NCBI GenBank assembly: GCA_965224085.1 | Contig: CBDCYI010000004.1 | Span: 1,472,001-1,536,000, forward strand | Direction of reading: 5' to 3' | Length of the DNA: 64,000 nt | DNA from: Candidatus Marinacidobacterales bacterium | Lineage (GTDB): Bacteria > Acidobacteriota > Vicinamibacteria > Marinacidobacterales > SMYC01 | Shown here: piece by piece, positions 51,960 to 63,109 of the stretch | Layout: each line of letters opens with the position of its first letter | How positions within the stretch are numbered: the first letter of the stretch is position 1 | Made by a program: the position numbers and the translations under genes | The notes under the pieces: model-generated | What the model was told of the DNA's origin: nothing | Seen by the model: the letters and a program-made list of their open reading frames with translations, nothing else | The model's database searches: none

Positions 51960-52537
51960 CGCCGCGTAGACGTTGCGCATGGAGCGAGTCCGGAAACGAG
52001 CTCTACATCGCCTATCACGACGACGAATGGGGCGTGCCCGTTCATGATGATCGCAAGCATTTCGAGTTTCTCGTTCTCGAAGGCGCCCAAGCCGGACTTT
52101 CCTGGTCGACGATCCTGAACAAGCGCGAAGCCTATCGCAAGGCCTTTGCGGGGTTCGATCCCGTGAAGGTCGCTCGTTTCAGCGACAAGAAGATCGCGAA
52201 GCTGCTCGAGAATCCCGGCATCGTGCGCAACCGACTCAAAGTGCACAGTGCTGTCAGGAACGCCCGAGCCTTTCTCGCGATTCAGAAAGAGTTCGAAAGC
52301 TTCGATGCCTACGTGTGGCCTTTTGTCGGCGGCAAGCCTAAAGTGAACCGCCGACGGAGGATGAAGGACATCCCGGCGAAGTCGAAGCAGTCGGATGCGC
52401 TCAGCGCCGATCTCAAGAAGCGCGGGTTCAACTTCGTGGGAACCACCATTCTGTATGCCCACATGCAAGCCGTCGGCATGGTCAACGACCACGTAATCCG
52501 CTGCTTCCGCCACGAGCCCTGCGCGCGCCTCGCTTGA
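51956..52537 (+). CDS. tag: DNA-3-methyladenine glycosylase I
   Basis: 'YHDDEWGVP', 'LEGAQAGLSW', 'VNDH'. Confidence 0.95.
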   Translation: MTPRRRCAWSESGNELYIAYHDDEWGVPVHDDRKHFEFLVLEGAQAGLSWSTILNKREAYRKAFAGFDPVKVARFSDKKIAKLLENPGIVRNRLKVHSAVRNARAFLAIQKEFESFDAYVWPFVGGKPKVNRRRRMKDIPAKSKQSDALSADLKKRGFNFVGTTILYAHMQAVGMVNDHVIRCFRHEPCARLA

Positions 52538-52572
52538 CCTGCGAGCACGCTGGTGTTTTGGAATAGGGCGGC

Positions 52573-52866
52573 TCATCCTATGCAAGGAACTTTGCTCCGC
52601 GAAAGTGCCTCGGACAAGAGCACTGGGATGGTGAACCACAGGATGGCTCGGGAAACGACGCCCACTGCGACAACGTGCGACAAAGCGGGCTGGACAATCA
52701 AAGCGAAACGGAGGATCGCCGCGAGAAGACCGAATTGCAGGGTATAGAGAGCGAACCACGGAGCAAAGCGGCTCGACTCCGGGTCGAGATAGAAGTAGCC
52801 CGCGTTCGTCGCGACGAAGATGCCGAGCAGGAGGCTCCCCGTCAAGCGACGCCGCTGCGTGGCCAC
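52573..52866 (-). pseudogene. Membrane protein N-terminal fragment (possibly a GT-C glycosyltransferase)
   Basis: Three hydrophobic helices followed by an abrupt end. Confidence 0.4.
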
Positions 52867-52872
52867 GATGGG

Positions 52873-53196
52873 CTACACGGTTGCGCTTCGTATCTTGTGC
52901 TTCAGGCGCTTGATGTTGAGCCGAGCTCGCTTGAGCTGGACGGCGTCATGTGCTTTGAGCGCGTCGGCGCGTTTTTCCTTCAAAACCGCGATTTGGGCTT
53001 TGATCTTCGCTTTGTCGAGCCCGACCACGTGGTGGTGCTCGTGGGCATCGATGCCGAGCGCGCCACACAGTAGCTTGACGAGATCCGGCTTGTGCAGGGA
53101 CTTGTAACCGTGGACTTTGTCGTGGTCCAGGCCGTCCGCGATCTCGCGCAGCTGCGCCACCGTCTTCTTGCTGAGCTCATCGAAAGTGTGTTCCAT
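52873..53196 (-). CDS. Small basic protein with Rho-N-like helix-extension-helix
   Basis: GGAGG RBS; 'ELSKKTVAQLREIA..KSLHKPDLV'. Confidence 0.7.
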   Translation of the reverse strand: MEHTFDELSKKTVAQLREIADGLDHDKVHGYKSLHKPDLVKLLCGALGIDAHEHHHVVGLDKAKIKAQIAVLKEKRADALKAHDAVQLKRARLNIKRLKHKIRSATV

Positions 53197-53233
53197 AGAT
53201 TGTGTCCTCCAACTGTCTAAATCTAACCGATCT

Positions 53234-53374
53234 GTCCCCTCGAGTGCGAGAGTCTCGACTACGCGTTTTGGCGCTCAGCGGGACTCCGCACGACCCACGT
53301 CGAACGGTGGGCTGAGCTAAACGGACTCGCAGCTATAGCCTGGCGTCGCCGACCCCGACCTCGCATCGAGGGAC
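53234..53374. ncRNA. Candidate structured non-coding RNA (rod-like)
   Basis: 18-bp closing stem with 3 bulges; internal GCTCAGC/GCTGAGC stem; terminal hairpin. Confidence 0.4.
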
Positions 53375-53424
53375 CCCAAAGATCCCACCGCGCCTGCCTC
53401 GGCGTGCCGGGATAGAATGTCCGC

Positions 53425-55433
53425 ATGGCTTTCGCAACGAGCTTCGACGATGCTCGGCTAACGCAACTGAAGGCACCGGGATCCAGCCTTGCTGAGCGCC
53501 CGCTCCCGATGTCCGTCGAGGAGATGCGCGCGCGCGGGTGGGAGCGCGTCGATGTCGTGTTCGTGACCGGCGACGCCTATGTCGACCATCCGAGCTTCGC
53601 GATGGCCCTTCTCGGCCGGGTCCTCGAAGCGGCCGGATTTCGCATCGCGATCGTGTCGCAGCCGGATTGGCGCAACTGCGAAGACTGGCGGCGGTTCGGC
53701 GCACCGCGGCTTTTTTATGCCATCAGCGCGGGCAACATGGATTCGATGATCAATCACTACACGGCGAATCGCAAAGTGCGGATCGCAAAGTGCGGAACGA
53801 TGATGCCTATTCGCCGGGCGCCCGCATCGGAAGGCGACCCGACCGTGCGACGCTCGCTTATTGCCAGCGGGCTCGTGAGGCGGCAAAGGGCGTTCCCGTC
53901 ATTGCCGGAGGCGTCGAGGCATCTTTGAGGCGGCTGGGTCACTACGACTACTGGAGCGACAAAGTTCGCCGCTCGATCCTTCTCGATTGCAAAGCCGACC
54001 TGCTCGTCTACGGTATGGGCGAGGGCGCTATTCTCGAGATTGCGCAGCGGCTTCTGGCGGGAGAGACGGTCAAGGACCTCAGGGATATGCGAGGCGTCGC
54101 CTACGTATTGGGCGCCTCGGAATCGCCGCCGGACGATGCGCTCGAGCTGCCGGGCTTCGAAGAAATAAGAAGCGACAAGCGCGCCTTCGCCGAGGCCACG
54201 AGAATCATTCACAACGAGACCAACCCCTTCAACGCGCGTCGTTTGGTGCAGCGGCACGATCATCAATCCGTGGTCTGCAACCCGCCTCCTTTGCCGATCT
54301 CGTCGGGCGCGATGGACGCGATTTACGGCTTGCCGTACACACGCAAGCCGCATCCGAGCTACGAAGAGTCGATTCCAGCGTTCGAGATGATTCAGGACTC
54401 GGTCACCATCATGCGCGGCTGCTTCGGCGGCTGCACTTTTTGCTCCATCACCACCCATCAGGGGCGGATCATCCAGTCACGCAGCAAGAAATCGATCCTC
54501 GGCGAAGTGCGCGCCATGGCGAGCGACCCTAAATTCAAGGGGGTCGTCAGCGATGTCGGTGGGCCGACGGCGAACATGTATCGCATGCGGTGCACGCGGC
54601 CGGAGGTCGAAGCCATTTGCCGGCGCCAGTCCTGCGTGTACCCGACGATTTGCAAGCTGCTCGGCACCGACCACGAGCCACTGATTCAGATCATGAACGA
54701 GGCGCGCGAGACCCCCGGCGTGAAGAAGGTTCTCGTAGCGAGCGGTATCCGGATGGATCTGGCACGGCTGTCGCCGCGCTACATGAAGACACTCACGCGC
54801 CATCATGTCGGCGGTCATCTCAAAGTGGCGCCCGAGCATACCGACCCGGCGGTGCTCGGTCTGATGCGCAAGCCGCGCAACGACGACTTCGAGAAGTTTG
54901 CGACGGTATTCGAAAAAGAATCGAAGAAGGCTGGCAAAAAGCAATACATCGTGCCCTATTTCATTGCTAGCCATCCGGGAAGTGATCTGAACGCAATGAT
55001 CGACTTGGCCGTGTTTTTGAAGCGAAACGGCTACAAGCCGGACCAGGTGCAGGATTTCATCCCGGCGCCCTTCGACGTCGCCACCGCGATGTATTACACC
55101 GGCATCGATCCGTTCACGAAAAAGCCTGTCCACATCGCAAAACACTTGCGCGATCGCAAGCTGCAGCGAGCCTTGATGCAGTTCTTCAAGCCCGAGAACT
55201 ACTTCGAAGTTCGAAAAGCACTTCTCGAAGCCGGCCGGCGCGACCTGATCGGTCGGGGATGCGATGCGTTGATCCCGGAAAGGCCTCCTCGCGAAGCGCG
55301 GGAGCGCCGACGTCTCGATGCGGAGCGGCGGTTCGCGGGGGACTACGTGCACCGTCCACAAAGCGAGAGAAAGAGACGATCTCGCCACGAGACGCAGCCG
55401 GGTTATCGGCCTAAGAGAAAAAGCACGAGCTAG
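53425..55433 (+). CDS. YgiQ-family radical SAM protein; frameshift from a 14-bp duplication
   Basis: '[10 protein letters not shown]', 'GNMDSM', 'GCFGGCTFC', 'GGPTANMY'; ATCGCAAAGTGCGG x2 at 53768-53795. Confidence 0.9.
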
Positions 55434-55447
55434 TCTGAGCTATCGAA

Positions 55448-56023
55448 TCATTTCAAGCCGAGCTGCTCGCCAGCCGCTAATAGGCTGACCGCCTCGCGAA
55501 GACGCTTCTCCCTCGTTTCTACGCGCTTGGCCGAGTGGATCCAACCGACGTAGGCCCGTCGATACGACGGAGCCAGCTGTTCGAAAAACTGCCAAGCACG
55601 TGAATTGGCCTTTAGCGTCCTCGTAATGTAGGGCGGGATGATTGGCGCGGACAATTTCGGGGCATCACCGCTCCGACTTGTTGGCGGACGCTTCAACCCG
55701 GGTGGCGCCAATAGCCCGCGCGCTTCGAGGCTTTCATATCGACGCCGATTTACCGTCGACCACTTGCTGCGTGCCTTTCGCGGGGTGAACTTCCGCGCGT
55801 AGCGGGCATCATCGAGGCGCCTGATGATGCTGTCGATCCAGCCGAAACAGAGCGCCTCCTCGACGGCATCGTCATATTCGATGGACGTCACCCCCGTGTG
55901 GCGTTTGTGAAACACGAGCCAGATCTCACACAAGGAGTCGTGGTGCTTCTTCAGCCACTTCCGGAAGTCTCGACGGTTCCGCACATCAAGCGTGTCCAGC
56001 GTGTCGGGCGGCTTCGCTGGCAT
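55448..56023 (-). CDS. YdeI/OmpD-associated family protein
   Basis: 'EEALCFGWID', 'FTPRK..SKWS', 'AKRVETR'. Confidence 0.9.
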   Translation of the reverse strand: MPAKPPDTLDTLDVRNRRDFRKWLKKHHDSLCEIWLVFHKRHTGVTSIEYDDAVEEALCFGWIDSIIRRLDDARYARKFTPRKARSKWSTVNRRRYESLEARGLLAPPGLKRPPTSRSGDAPKLSAPIIPPYITRTLKANSRAWQFFEQLAPSYRRAYVGWIHSAKRVETREKRLREAVSLLAAGEQLGLK

Positions 56024-57126
56024 TAGGTTTTCCGGGCTCCACAGGTTGAGGCGCGGTTTTTTTCGAGCCGCGCGTCGACGAGGGTCACGACCTCATCGAC
56101 GGCCTCGGACTCCATTCCCTGTTGACGGGCGATGCGACGCACGAGGCAGTCGACGCGTTCGATGTGCGTGGCGCCTCCGAAAAGAGCGCGCGCCGCCGAG
56201 GACGGCTTGCCGAGGCCTTGCGCAGCTTTGGCGTATTTCTCGAACGGGACCAAGTCGGCATCGCTGGCGCCGAGGCGAACGCATAGTTGCCGGACCCAGT
56301 CATAGATCTCGGCGGACGTTTCGACGTCGTCATGGACCGCGTCTTTGATGGAGATCATCTCTTCGCGCTGGACGCACCGGTAATTGCCCGTTAACAACAT
56401 CAGCCATTTCGCGAGGGGAACGAAAACGGAGTCGTGTACTCTCAGTTTCACGGGTAGCTCGATAGCGCCGGTGCCATCAGCGGAATCGAAACGGATGGCG
56501 TTGATGTCGTCTTCTAGGTTTACGAGCATCGCGGTGTGCTCGTCGGATTCGAAGCGCGCCGTTTTGAAGTTTGTCGGAAGGCCGACTTCAAGGACGTTCT
56601 TCCCTTCGCCTTGCGGGCGGAATGCTTGAGGGTCGGGGCTCGCCAGCGTGACCACACCTGGCTCGAAGCCTTCCCAGACGCCGGGATCCGAGTAGCACTC
56701 GGTCAGTGTCTCGGTTGTGAGCCCAGGAATGCGCTCGAGATAGGGAAGCGGCGGCATGTTCATAATCGCTACCGATGGCGTACGCGCCGCCGCGAGCCGT
56801 CCCATCAGCTCGCGGACGCCTTCAGAGCCGTATTGTGGCTCCTGCATGGCCAGCACGACCAGATCAAACTTTCCGGGGTCCACGGACTCGGGAGCGGTTG
56901 CAAAGAGCGTACCCTCGAGTCCTTTGGAGGCGACCTCGACAGGTGCTTCGCGCCCACGGATGGGAAGGCGCACCACGGTGCCTTCGCGGTTGATGAGATC
57001 GGCCGTGGGTTGGGTACACACGAGCGTTGCTGAATGTCCAGCCAACAACAACTTCGTGCTGAACAAGGAGCCGTAGGAGGCCCCCAAAATGAGCACGTCA
57101 TACTTGAGATTAGGACTAGGATTCAC
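56023..57126 (-). CDS. Ketopantoate-reductase-like NAD(P)-binding protein downstream of frc
   Basis: Rossmann-like 'ILGASYGSL', 'LAMQEPQY'. Confidence 0.65.
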   Translation of the reverse strand: MNPSPNLKYDVLILGASYGSLFSTKLLLAGHSATLVCTQPTADLINREGTVVRLPIRGREAPVEVASKGLEGTLFATAPESVDPGKFDLVVLAMQEPQYGSEGVRELMGRLAAARTPSVAIMNMPPLPYLERIPGLTTETLTECYSDPGVWEGFEPGVVTLASPDPQAFRPQGEGKNVLEVGLPTNFKTARFESDEHTAMLVNLEDDINAIRFDSADGTGAIELPVKLRVHDSVFVPLAKWLMLLTGNYRCVQREEMISIKDAVHDDVETSAEIYDWVRQLCVRLGASDADLVPFEKYAKAAQGLGKPSSAARALFGGATHIERVDCLVRRIARQQGMESEAVDEVVTLVDARLEKNRASTCGARKT

Positions 57127-57137
57127 GAAGACTCCTG

Positions 57138-58385
57138 TTAGATCGCGCCCTGCTCGCGGGCTGCCTGGATCTCCTCGTCGTCCAGACCGAGCACGGTCTT
57201 GAGCACTTCCTCCGTGTGCTCACCGAGAAGCGGCGAGCGCACGACGGCGGCGGGTGAATCCGAGAGCTTGATCGGGTTGCCGACGGTCAGGTACTTGCCG
57301 CGTTCTGGGTGGTCGACCTCGACGACGGTTTCGGTCGCGCGGAGCGAGGGCTCGTCGGCGATCTCCTTCATCGACAGGATCGGGCCGCAAGGCACGTTCA
57401 ACGGGGTGAGGATATTCATGACCTCGAGTTTGTCCTTAGTCATCGTCCATTTCTCGATTTCATCGAAGATTGTGTCGAGTTTGGGGAGCCTCGCCTTCGG
57501 CGTGTTCCACTCCGGATCCTCGAGCCAGTCCTCGTGGCCTATTGCTTTGGCTAGTCCGTCGAAGGCTGCCGCTTGCGTGATGACGTAAGCGTAAGCGTCT
57601 GGATCGGTCTCCCATCCCTTGCATTTGACGATCCAGCCCGGCTGGCCGCCGCCGGAGGCATTGCCGGCGCGCGGCACGGCGTCGCCAAACGTGCCGTTGG
57701 GGTATTGGGGAAATTCCGTCAGTGGTCCGTGAGCGAGACGCTGCTGGTCGCGGAGCTTCACCCGGCAAAGATTGAGCACCGCGTCCTGCATGGCGCACAC
57801 GACCCTCTGGCCTTTGCCGCTCTTCTCCCGGTGCAAGAGCGCCGCCAGAATGCCAGCGACGAGGAGTATTCCGGTACCGGAATCGCCGATCTGAGCGCCT
57901 GTCACCATCGGAAAACCATCGATCTCACCCGTCGTCGACGCCGCCCCGCCGATGCACTGCGCGATGTTCTCGTAAACCTTACAGTCTTCGTAAGGGCCAG
58001 GGCCGAATCCCTTGACCGAGGCGTAGATGATACGCGGGTTGATTTCCTGAATCTTCTCCCACGGAAAGCCCATGCGATCGATGGCGCCAGGCGCAAAATT
58101 CTCCGCCAGCACGTCACATTCTTCGATGAGCTTCGTGAAGATCTTCTTGCCCGCTTCGGTCTTCGGATTCAGGGTGACGCTCCGTTTATTGTGATTCAGC
58201 ATCGTGAAATAAAGGCTATCGACGTCGGGGACGTCACGCAGCTGGCCGCGGGTCGCATCGCCTTTACCGGGCCGCTCCACCTTGATGACATCGGCGCCGA
58301 ACCAAGCCAGAATCTGCGTGCCTGTCGGTCCGGATTGCACGTGGGTCATATCAAGGATGCGAACACCCTCGAGAGCCTTTCCCAT
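57138..58385 (-). CDS. frc: Formyl-CoA transferase
   Basis: 'THVQSGP', 'YFTMLN', 'IGDSGTG', 'NASGGGQPG'. Confidence 0.93.
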   Translation of the reverse strand: MGKALEGVRILDMTHVQSGPTGTQILAWFGADVIKVERPGKGDATRGQLRDVPDVDSLYFTMLNHNKRSVTLNPKTEAGKKIFTKLIEECDVLAENFAPGAIDRMGFPWEKIQEINPRIIYASVKGFGPGPYEDCKVYENIAQCIGGAASTTGEIDGFPMVTGAQIGDSGTGILLVAGILAALLHREKSGKGQRVVCAMQDAVLNLCRVKLRDQQRLAHGPLTEFPQYPNGTFGDAVPRAGNASGGGQPGWIVKCKGWETDPDAYAYVITQAAAFDGLAKAIGHEDWLEDPEWNTPKARLPKLDTIFDEIEKWTMTKDKLEVMNILTPLNVPCGPILSMKEIADEPSLRATETVVEVDHPERGKYLTVGNPIKLSDSPAAVVRSPLLGEHTEEVLKTVLGLDDEEIQAAREQGAI

Positions 58386-58513
58386 ATCGTCCTCTCCTTT
58401 CCTTCCACTGGTGTTGGGCAGCTGGTAAGGATAGGTAATCTCAGGGTTACCAAGCAAGCGGGGCCGCGTTTTACCCCGACGTGTCGCTGGGCTACGATGC
58501 GCACGCGTCTTCC

Positions 58514-60604
58514 ATGAAAGCTTCCGACCGGGCCGTTCTCGTCTTTGCCTCCGTCGCCATTTTGCTCGTGCTCGCACCCTTTTTTCTGCGGCTTTCTCTT
58601 ATCGAGACACGTGGCTACAACCCTGACGAGCTCGAGCATCTACACTTTTCGTGGTGCGTTTGGCGCGGCCTCGTTCCCTACGTGGACTATTTCGAGCATC
58701 ACACGCCCTGGCTTCATTTCTTTCTCGCGCAGTTCTTCGATTTCTACGACGTCGAGCGGCTTCCGGAGGATGCGCTCGGCTTCACGTTCATGGCTCGCTA
58801 CTTCATGTGGCTGGCAGCGGGGGCGACGCTCGGGCTCACGTTCCTTCTCGGACGATCCTGGCGCGACGCGCGGACCGGTCTCGTCGCGGCCTTTCTTCTT
58901 GGCAACACCGCGTTTTTTCTCGCGAAGAGCTTCGAGATCCGGCCCGCGGTCCCCGCTGCCGCGCTCCTTCTTTTGTCGGTGTGGCTGGCGCTGCTCGGCA
59001 CGCGACGCGCCGTCGCCAGTGAGCCGGGGGGACGCACACGGTTGCTCGTGTCGGGCCTGGCGCTTGGCGCCGCCGTGATGATTACCCAGAAAGTCCTTTT
59101 CGTCGGGCCGGGCTATGCGGCCGTCGTCTTTTGGCTTCTTCTCGATCGGCGCCTCGAGCTTCCGCGCGCGACACGCTTCGGCCACGTTGCGGTGATTTCT
59201 GCGGGCTTCGCGCTTCCTGTCGCCGGCACGCTCGGCTATTTCGCGCTTCACGGTGCGGCTTGGGCGTTCATCGATGCCAACTTGATCGTAAACACGCGGT
59301 GGCCCGGTCTTCCGGCGGGACCCTTTCTCGTCGAGCTCGCACGGCAGGACCCATTCTTCGTCATGTTCGTGGTTGCCGGTTTTCTCCTCGAGGCGAAGCG
59401 TGCTCTCACGCGCCAAGCCGTTCTTCGCGTGGATCCCATCGTCACCTTCGCGACGCTCTCGGTCACGGTCTCCTTGGCCGCGCATCCGGCGATGTCCCAT
59501 CACCATTTTCTTCTGATCCTTCCTCTTGCCTCGCTCTATGGCGCTCTCGGCCTCCTTCGAATCGTTGAGTCCGTCACGAACTATGTCCGCGGCAAGGCGC
59601 TCCTGGCGGCCGCGACAGTTGCTTTGGGGGCGCTCGGCTTCTACGGGCTCTCGCGCCTCGCGCCCCCCGAGCTGGTCTTGCCTCTTTTTGCGCCGTTCGT
59701 GCTCGGCGCGTTTACGTTGGCCCTCGGTGTTTGCCTTTGGCGCGGCTCGCGAGAAGCCGCTCTCACCATCATCGTCGTTCTTCTGAGCGCCTATCCGCTC
59801 ACGCGCCTTCGCAACACGTTCGATCGTGGCAACTGGGGAACGACTCAGGCGATCGAATATGTGTTGCGTAACAGCGCGCCTTGGGAGACGACGTTCGACG
59901 GTTTCACTGGGCTCGGCCTGTTCCGGCCTCAAGCTTTCTTCCACCACTTCCAGCATCCGCACGCGTTCAGGCTTCAGTCGAAGGAAGAGCACAAGGAGAT
60001 GTACGAGGCCCTTCGCAATGGGCGTGCGATGCCCAAGTTCATTTTCTGGAGCCACTATTTGCGCGATGCCGTCACTCCCGAGATCACGGCGTTTCTTCAA
60101 GAGCACTATGTCCCTACGGGGCTCGAGCCAATCCGGGTACGCCCGTTCGATAATGGCGCGGGCTGGTGGTCGGACGAGAAAACGCGCTATATCGGCTGGG
60201 TGTCGGACGAAGACGAGGCGCCGCACGTTCTCTTCGATGACGGGTGGCGCCCTCCGAGCGAAGAGTTCGGCTTGCCGATCCGCCGGACGCGAACACGCCG
60301 TTCGACGCTGACGGTGCCCATTCGCTATCCGCGCGACTTCAACGTGACGCTCCGCGCTCACGCGGATTCTGAATCCGTGCCGTTCGGGGTAGAGCTCGTG
60401 GTGAACGGACGCTCGGCCGGTCGCGTCGACGCTGTACCCCGGTGGCAGGACTACGCGTTTCCGGTCATGGTGCATCAACTGCGCCCCGGTTTCAACGAGC
60501 TCCAGCTGCGTTTTAGTGCCGAGCACGGCGATCCGTCCAAACGGTTGGAGCTAGCGGTCCACTCACTGAAGCTCACCGCGACCGCGCGCGGAGAGACACC
60601 ATGA
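58514..60604 (+). CDS. GT-C (ArnT/PMT-like) membrane glycosyltransferase
   Basis: '[19 protein letters not shown]'; many TM segments; periplasmic C-terminal domain. Confidence 0.75.
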   Translation: MKASDRAVLVFASVAILLVLAPFFLRLSLIETRGYNPDELEHLHFSWCVWRGLVPYVDYFEHHTPWLHFFLAQFFDFYDVERLPEDALGFTFMARYFMWLAAGATLGLTFLLGRSWRDARTGLVAAFLLGNTAFFLAKSFEIRPAVPAAALLLLSVWLALLGTRRAVASEPGGRTRLLVSGLALGAAVMITQKVLFVGPGYAAVVFWLLLDRRLELPRATRFGHVAVISAGFALPVAGTLGYFALHGAAWAFIDANLIVNTRWPGLPAGPFLVELARQDPFFVMFVVAGFLLEAKRALTRQAVLRVDPIVTFATLSVTVSLAAHPAMSHHHFLLILPLASLYGALGLLRIVESVTNYVRGKALLAAATVALGALGFYGLSRLAPPELVLPLFAPFVLGAFTLALGVCLWRGSREAALTIIVVLLSAYPLTRLRNTFDRGNWGTTQAIEYVLRNSAPWETTFDGFTGLGLFRPQAFFHHFQHPHAFRLQSKEEHKEMYEALRNGRAMPKFIFWSHYLRDAVTPEITAFLQEHYVPTGLEPIRVRPFDNGAGWWSDEKTRYIGWVSDEDEAPHVLFDDGWRPPSEEFGLPIRRTRTRRSTLTVPIRYPRDFNVTLRAHADSESVPFGVELVVNGRSAGRVDAVPRWQDYAFPVMVHQLRPGFNELQLRFSAEHGDPSKRLELAVHSLKLTATARGETP

Positions 60605-61437
60605 GCGTCGAGCGCTCGCCCGACGCCGAGACGGCGGCAGCGTTTGCCGGTTCGTGGAATCGGCAGCGAGAGGGCTCCGTCTACACGCGCGAGCAGTTTC
60701 TGGACTGGTTCACGCCGCTCGAGCCGGAGGCCTTCTCGGGGAAGGCGGTTCTCGAGCTCGGGTTCGGCAACGGCTCGCTTCTTCACCACATGGCAGCGTG
60801 CCGACCGGCTCGGCTAACCGGCGTCGAGCTCGGAGACACGTTCGAGCGAACGAAAGCCAATCTCGGCGAGGCGCTCGCGAGCGAGCTCGATCTACACCAG
60901 GCCGATCTCACAAAGGTCGATCTCGGTTCGTTCGATTTTGTTTACTGCATCGGCGTGCTCCATCATCTGAAGGAGCCGGTAGAAGGATTTCTAGCGGTGC
61001 TTCGGCATACGGGCGCCGGAGGCCGGTTCCATTGCTGGGTTTATGCGCGCGAGGGAAATGCCGTGATCCGTTACTTCGTCGATCCGCTGCGCCGGGTGAC
61101 GTCGCGGCTCCCGTGGTGGCTGACAAAATACGGTTTCGCGCTCCCGCTCTCCGCCAAGTACTACCTTTACGCGAAGCTTCTTCGTCTTCTCGCCACGTTA
61201 CTGGGGGAACCGCTCATTCGACGTTTCCCCCTCGGAGCTTACAGCCTCTGGATCGCGAAGCGGAGCTTTTCGTTCTTCCACCACGTCGCTTTCGACCAGC
61301 TCGTGACGCCGACGACGCACTATTTCGACCGGGCGACGGTTGAGGGCTGGCTCGAGGATCCGGCTGTGGAGCCGGACTCGCGCTACATCGTCTTTCGCAA
61401 TGGGAACTCGTGGAAGTTCGGCGGAAGGAGGAGCTGA
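60601..61437 (+). CDS. Class I SAM-dependent methyltransferase
   Basis: 'VLELGFGNG', 'FDFVYCIGVLHH'. Confidence 0.9.
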   Translation: MSVERSPDAETAAAFAGSWNRQREGSVYTREQFLDWFTPLEPEAFSGKAVLELGFGNGSLLHHMAACRPARLTGVELGDTFERTKANLGEALASELDLHQADLTKVDLGSFDFVYCIGVLHHLKEPVEGFLAVLRHTGAGGRFHCWVYAREGNAVIRYFVDPLRRVTSRLPWWLTKYGFALPLSAKYYLYAKLLRLLATLLGEPLIRRFPLGAYSLWIAKRSFSFFHHVAFDQLVTPTTHYFDRATVEGWLEDPAVEPDSRYIVFRNGNSWKFGGRRS

Positions 61438-61524
61438 GCGAGCTCTTCAACGGCTGTTAGAGTTAGACAGAATCGTTTTTTTTCCGGCGGGTTGTGGCCA
61501 GTATTCTCCGGCGTTGTCCTTGTA

Positions 61525-61950
61525 TCAGCTCATGTAGCGTTCGTACCAGAGTTCGAAGACGAGAAGCGTCCAGAGCTGCTTGCGGTTGTCGTGCGTGCCC
61601 TCGGCGTGCTGCGCGAGAAGTTTTTGCACGTAGTCCGGATTCAAGAAACCTTCGCGCTTCAGTTTGGCCGGCGCGAACTGATCCTGGACGAGCTCTTTCA
61701 AGTCGGTGTTGAGCCAATAGGCGACGGGCACGTTGAAGCCCTTCTTCTTACGCGTGAGCACTTCGTCGGGAAGGATGCCTTCCATGGCTTTCTTGAGGAT
61801 GAACTTCGACGACTTCGATGTCAGGCCGTGCAATTTGAGCTCTCGAGGCACTTCGGCGACCCATTCGGTGAGGCGGTGGTTCAGAAGCGGCACACGCACC
61901 TCGAGTGAGTTGGCCATGCTGGCGCGGTCGACTTTTGTCAGGATGTCGCT
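61525..61950 (-). pseudogene. asnB: Asparagine synthase (glutamine-hydrolysing) C-terminal fragment cut by IS5
   Basis: 'DILTKVDRASMANSLEVRVPLL', 'RKKKGF', 'LWTLLVFELW'. Confidence 0.85.
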
Positions 61951-63035
61951 GCCTTGGTGCACAACTCCGATAGAGGCCGAGAGCTCGCTTGGCCCCGACT
62001 CCCATCATCCGATCATCTCGCTATCAGGCATCCCGAGCGCCGTCATGGTGTTGAGAATCTTGCACCCGATCCTTGCCTCGACTCTCTGTGCCGCCAACCC
62101 TCTCGCTCGCATCGCTGAGCCCACGATAGCCTTGTAGCGATGGAACGTTGTCTCGACTTTGCTCCGTTTGCTGTAGCCCGATTCTGTGTGCCACTTTCGT
62201 TTGCCGAGCCGAGCTTGTGCTGCAATGTTGCGATTGCGCTGTCGGCTGCTCGCCGGCCCCGATGCGAGCTGGGCGCCCTTGCGCGGCGGTATCAGCACCC
62301 TCGGCGAGCGATGAGCGCTGTGATTCTCGATTGCCTCATAGACGCCGCTGGCGTCGTATGCGGTGTCAGCTCTGGCCGATGAGATGGGACTGTCGCTCTG
62401 TCTGACAAGCGATGCAACCCGCGATGAATCGCGGGCTCTTTTGCTCGTCAGCTCGCAGGCGACGACTTCGCCAGTCTGCTCGTCGACACACAGATGGAGC
62501 TTGCGATAGTCCCTGCTATTTGGTGCTCTGCGCAGCTGGCCGGCGTGGACAGCGAGACCGCTGCTGTCGATCAAGATGTGCAACGGCGTCTTCTGCTTGT
62601 CTTGGTAGAAGGGGACCTTACCCAGCTTCGCCTTGCGCCTCGAGATCGTGGTGTGATCGGGCACATCATTGTCTAGCTTCATCAGAGCGAACAACGATCG
62701 CAGCAATCCCTCGCTCTGTCTAGATGACAGATGAAACACCATGCCCAGGGTGACAGCCGTCTCGATGGCGTGGTTCGAGTACTTGCGTTGACGGCCCGGT
62801 TTCCTCCTCCTCGGCCGGGGCGCGTCCCAGTTCACAAGCTTGCCGGCGGTGAGCGAGATCCAGACGGTCAGGCTCCCACGGTTGCGTAGACCCGCCTCAT
62901 ATTCACGCCAATTCCTCACGCGATAGGCCTTCTTCACATACTTCCGCTGAGTGCGTTTGAAAATACTCATGGGGAACCTCGAATCCGTGAGTAAAGGACA
63001 ATTGTGGACCGAGATCGCGAGTTGTGCACCAAGGC
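61951..63035 (-). mobile_element. IS5-family (IS903-group-like) element
   Basis: Perfect 17-bp TIR GCCTTGGTGCACAACTC at 61951-67 and 63019-35. Confidence 0.9.
62005..62970 (-). CDS. IS5-family transposase
   Basis: 'NWREYEAGLRNRGSLTVW', 'IDSSG', 'ADTAYD', 'GYSKRSKVET'. Confidence 0.93.
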   Translation of the reverse strand: MSIFKRTQRKYVKKAYRVRNWREYEAGLRNRGSLTVWISLTAGKLVNWDAPRPRRRKPGRQRKYSNHAIETAVTLGMVFHLSSRQSEGLLRSLFALMKLDNDVPDHTTISRRKAKLGKVPFYQDKQKTPLHILIDSSGLAVHAGQLRRAPNSRDYRKLHLCVDEQTGEVVACELTSKRARDSSRVASLVRQSDSPISSARADTAYDASGVYEAIENHSAHRSPRVLIPPRKGAQLASGPASSRQRNRNIAAQARLGKRKWHTESGYSKRSKVETTFHRYKAIVGSAMRARGLAAQRVEARIGCKILNTMTALGMPDSEMIG

Positions 63036-63109
63036 AGCGGTGCGAAGGGATCCCGCCTTCCCGTCGCGTTAGGAAGAAACCATCCCTGTCACGCGGTCTA
63101 TCCGCTAAA

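Noticed and set aside
58640-60526. 628-aa antisense ORF and other long shadow ORFs
   Set aside because: Expected in high-GC DNA opposite real genes; no recognisable motifs.
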